From Saccostrea cucullata (lineage: Eukaryota): a DNA stretch of 64,000 nucleotides. Both the position numbers and the translations under genes were made by a program. Below the pieces are notes generated by a model, which was not told the origin of the DNA, did not search any database, and saw only the letters and a program-made list of their open reading frames with translations. Positions within the stretch are counted from its first letter, which is position 1. Every line of letters starts with the position of its first letter. Location of the stretch: NCBI RefSeq assembly GCF_032062105.1, contig NW_026928226.1, positions 248,001 through 312,000 of the forward strand, given 5' to 3'. Below, one piece after another: positions 63,465 to 64,000 of this stretch.

Positions 63465-63705
63465 GATTAATCATATTGTTCTTTTGTTTAACTATTTAAC
63501 AAATGTGTACACCTATACTTAATAAAACTTAACAAATGTACTTCTTATTTTGTTATTTTTGTTGGAAAAAAGTAGCTTAATTATATATGTACACTGTATG
63601 TCAAAAATTTACATTTATTTTGGTAATTGCAAAAGTGTGTTCTTTATGTATTTAGTTTATAAATACTGATCAATTAAAAGTACAGATTCTATAGAACCAG
63701 TAATA

Positions 63706-64000
63706 AAAACAAAAGGCCTGCACTACGATCCACATCGCTCGCTTCAGCACTTTGACTAGAGAGAAGAAGAAATAAGCCAAATATTGGAAAGATTCAATAT
63801 AAATGTGGTTCCAACGGGGACATGATTTGAAAAAATGTGAAACAACACAAACTGATGATGTTTCTTAATTAATAAGATTTTCTTTACATAATCTTTAATA
63901 AGGCTGCCCAAAAGTTAAATATGCATTGTTGCAACCACTATTGAAATAATTATATCAATAGTGGTTGAGAGTGCATTTCAATAGCAAACGTAGTTAGTAA
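63706..64000 (+). repeat. Start of a degenerate Helentron-like repeat
   Basis: AACAAAAGGCC..CCACATCGCTC head and CATGATTTGAA unit as at ~46578. Confidence 0.4.

Overview
AT-rich, intron-containing eukaryotic (animal) DNA. The repeat families and gene type suggest a bivalve, probably an oyster; this is inference. The backbone is a head-to-tail tandem array of at least seven RING-less TRIM-like loci (B-box/B-box/coiled-coil/variable linker/NHL-like beta-propeller), all on the + strand, each with a single coding exon. Two are intact (8865-10871, 61641-63464). One has a late frameshift (35681), one has an internal ~730-bp duplication (41873), one is split by a Naiad-type Penelope-like retroelement (48334-52566), and two are decayed fragments (~4000, ~27613). 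Between them lies a dense, nested transposon landscape. It includes a complete, apparently intact PIF/Harbinger element (52610-56350) with spliced transposase and Myb/SANT genes. It also includes an unclassified 10.8-kb TGT...ACA inverted-repeat element with a 5-bp TSD (16683-27473) that carries a broken SGNH-hydrolase gene and at least six nested elements. Many MITEs, SINE-like and Helentron-like repeats fill the rest. Several palindromic 6-bp insertions resembling transposon excision footprints add residues in frame to a TRIM copy. There is one assembly gap (25468-25600). No rRNA, tRNA or CRISPR is supported.
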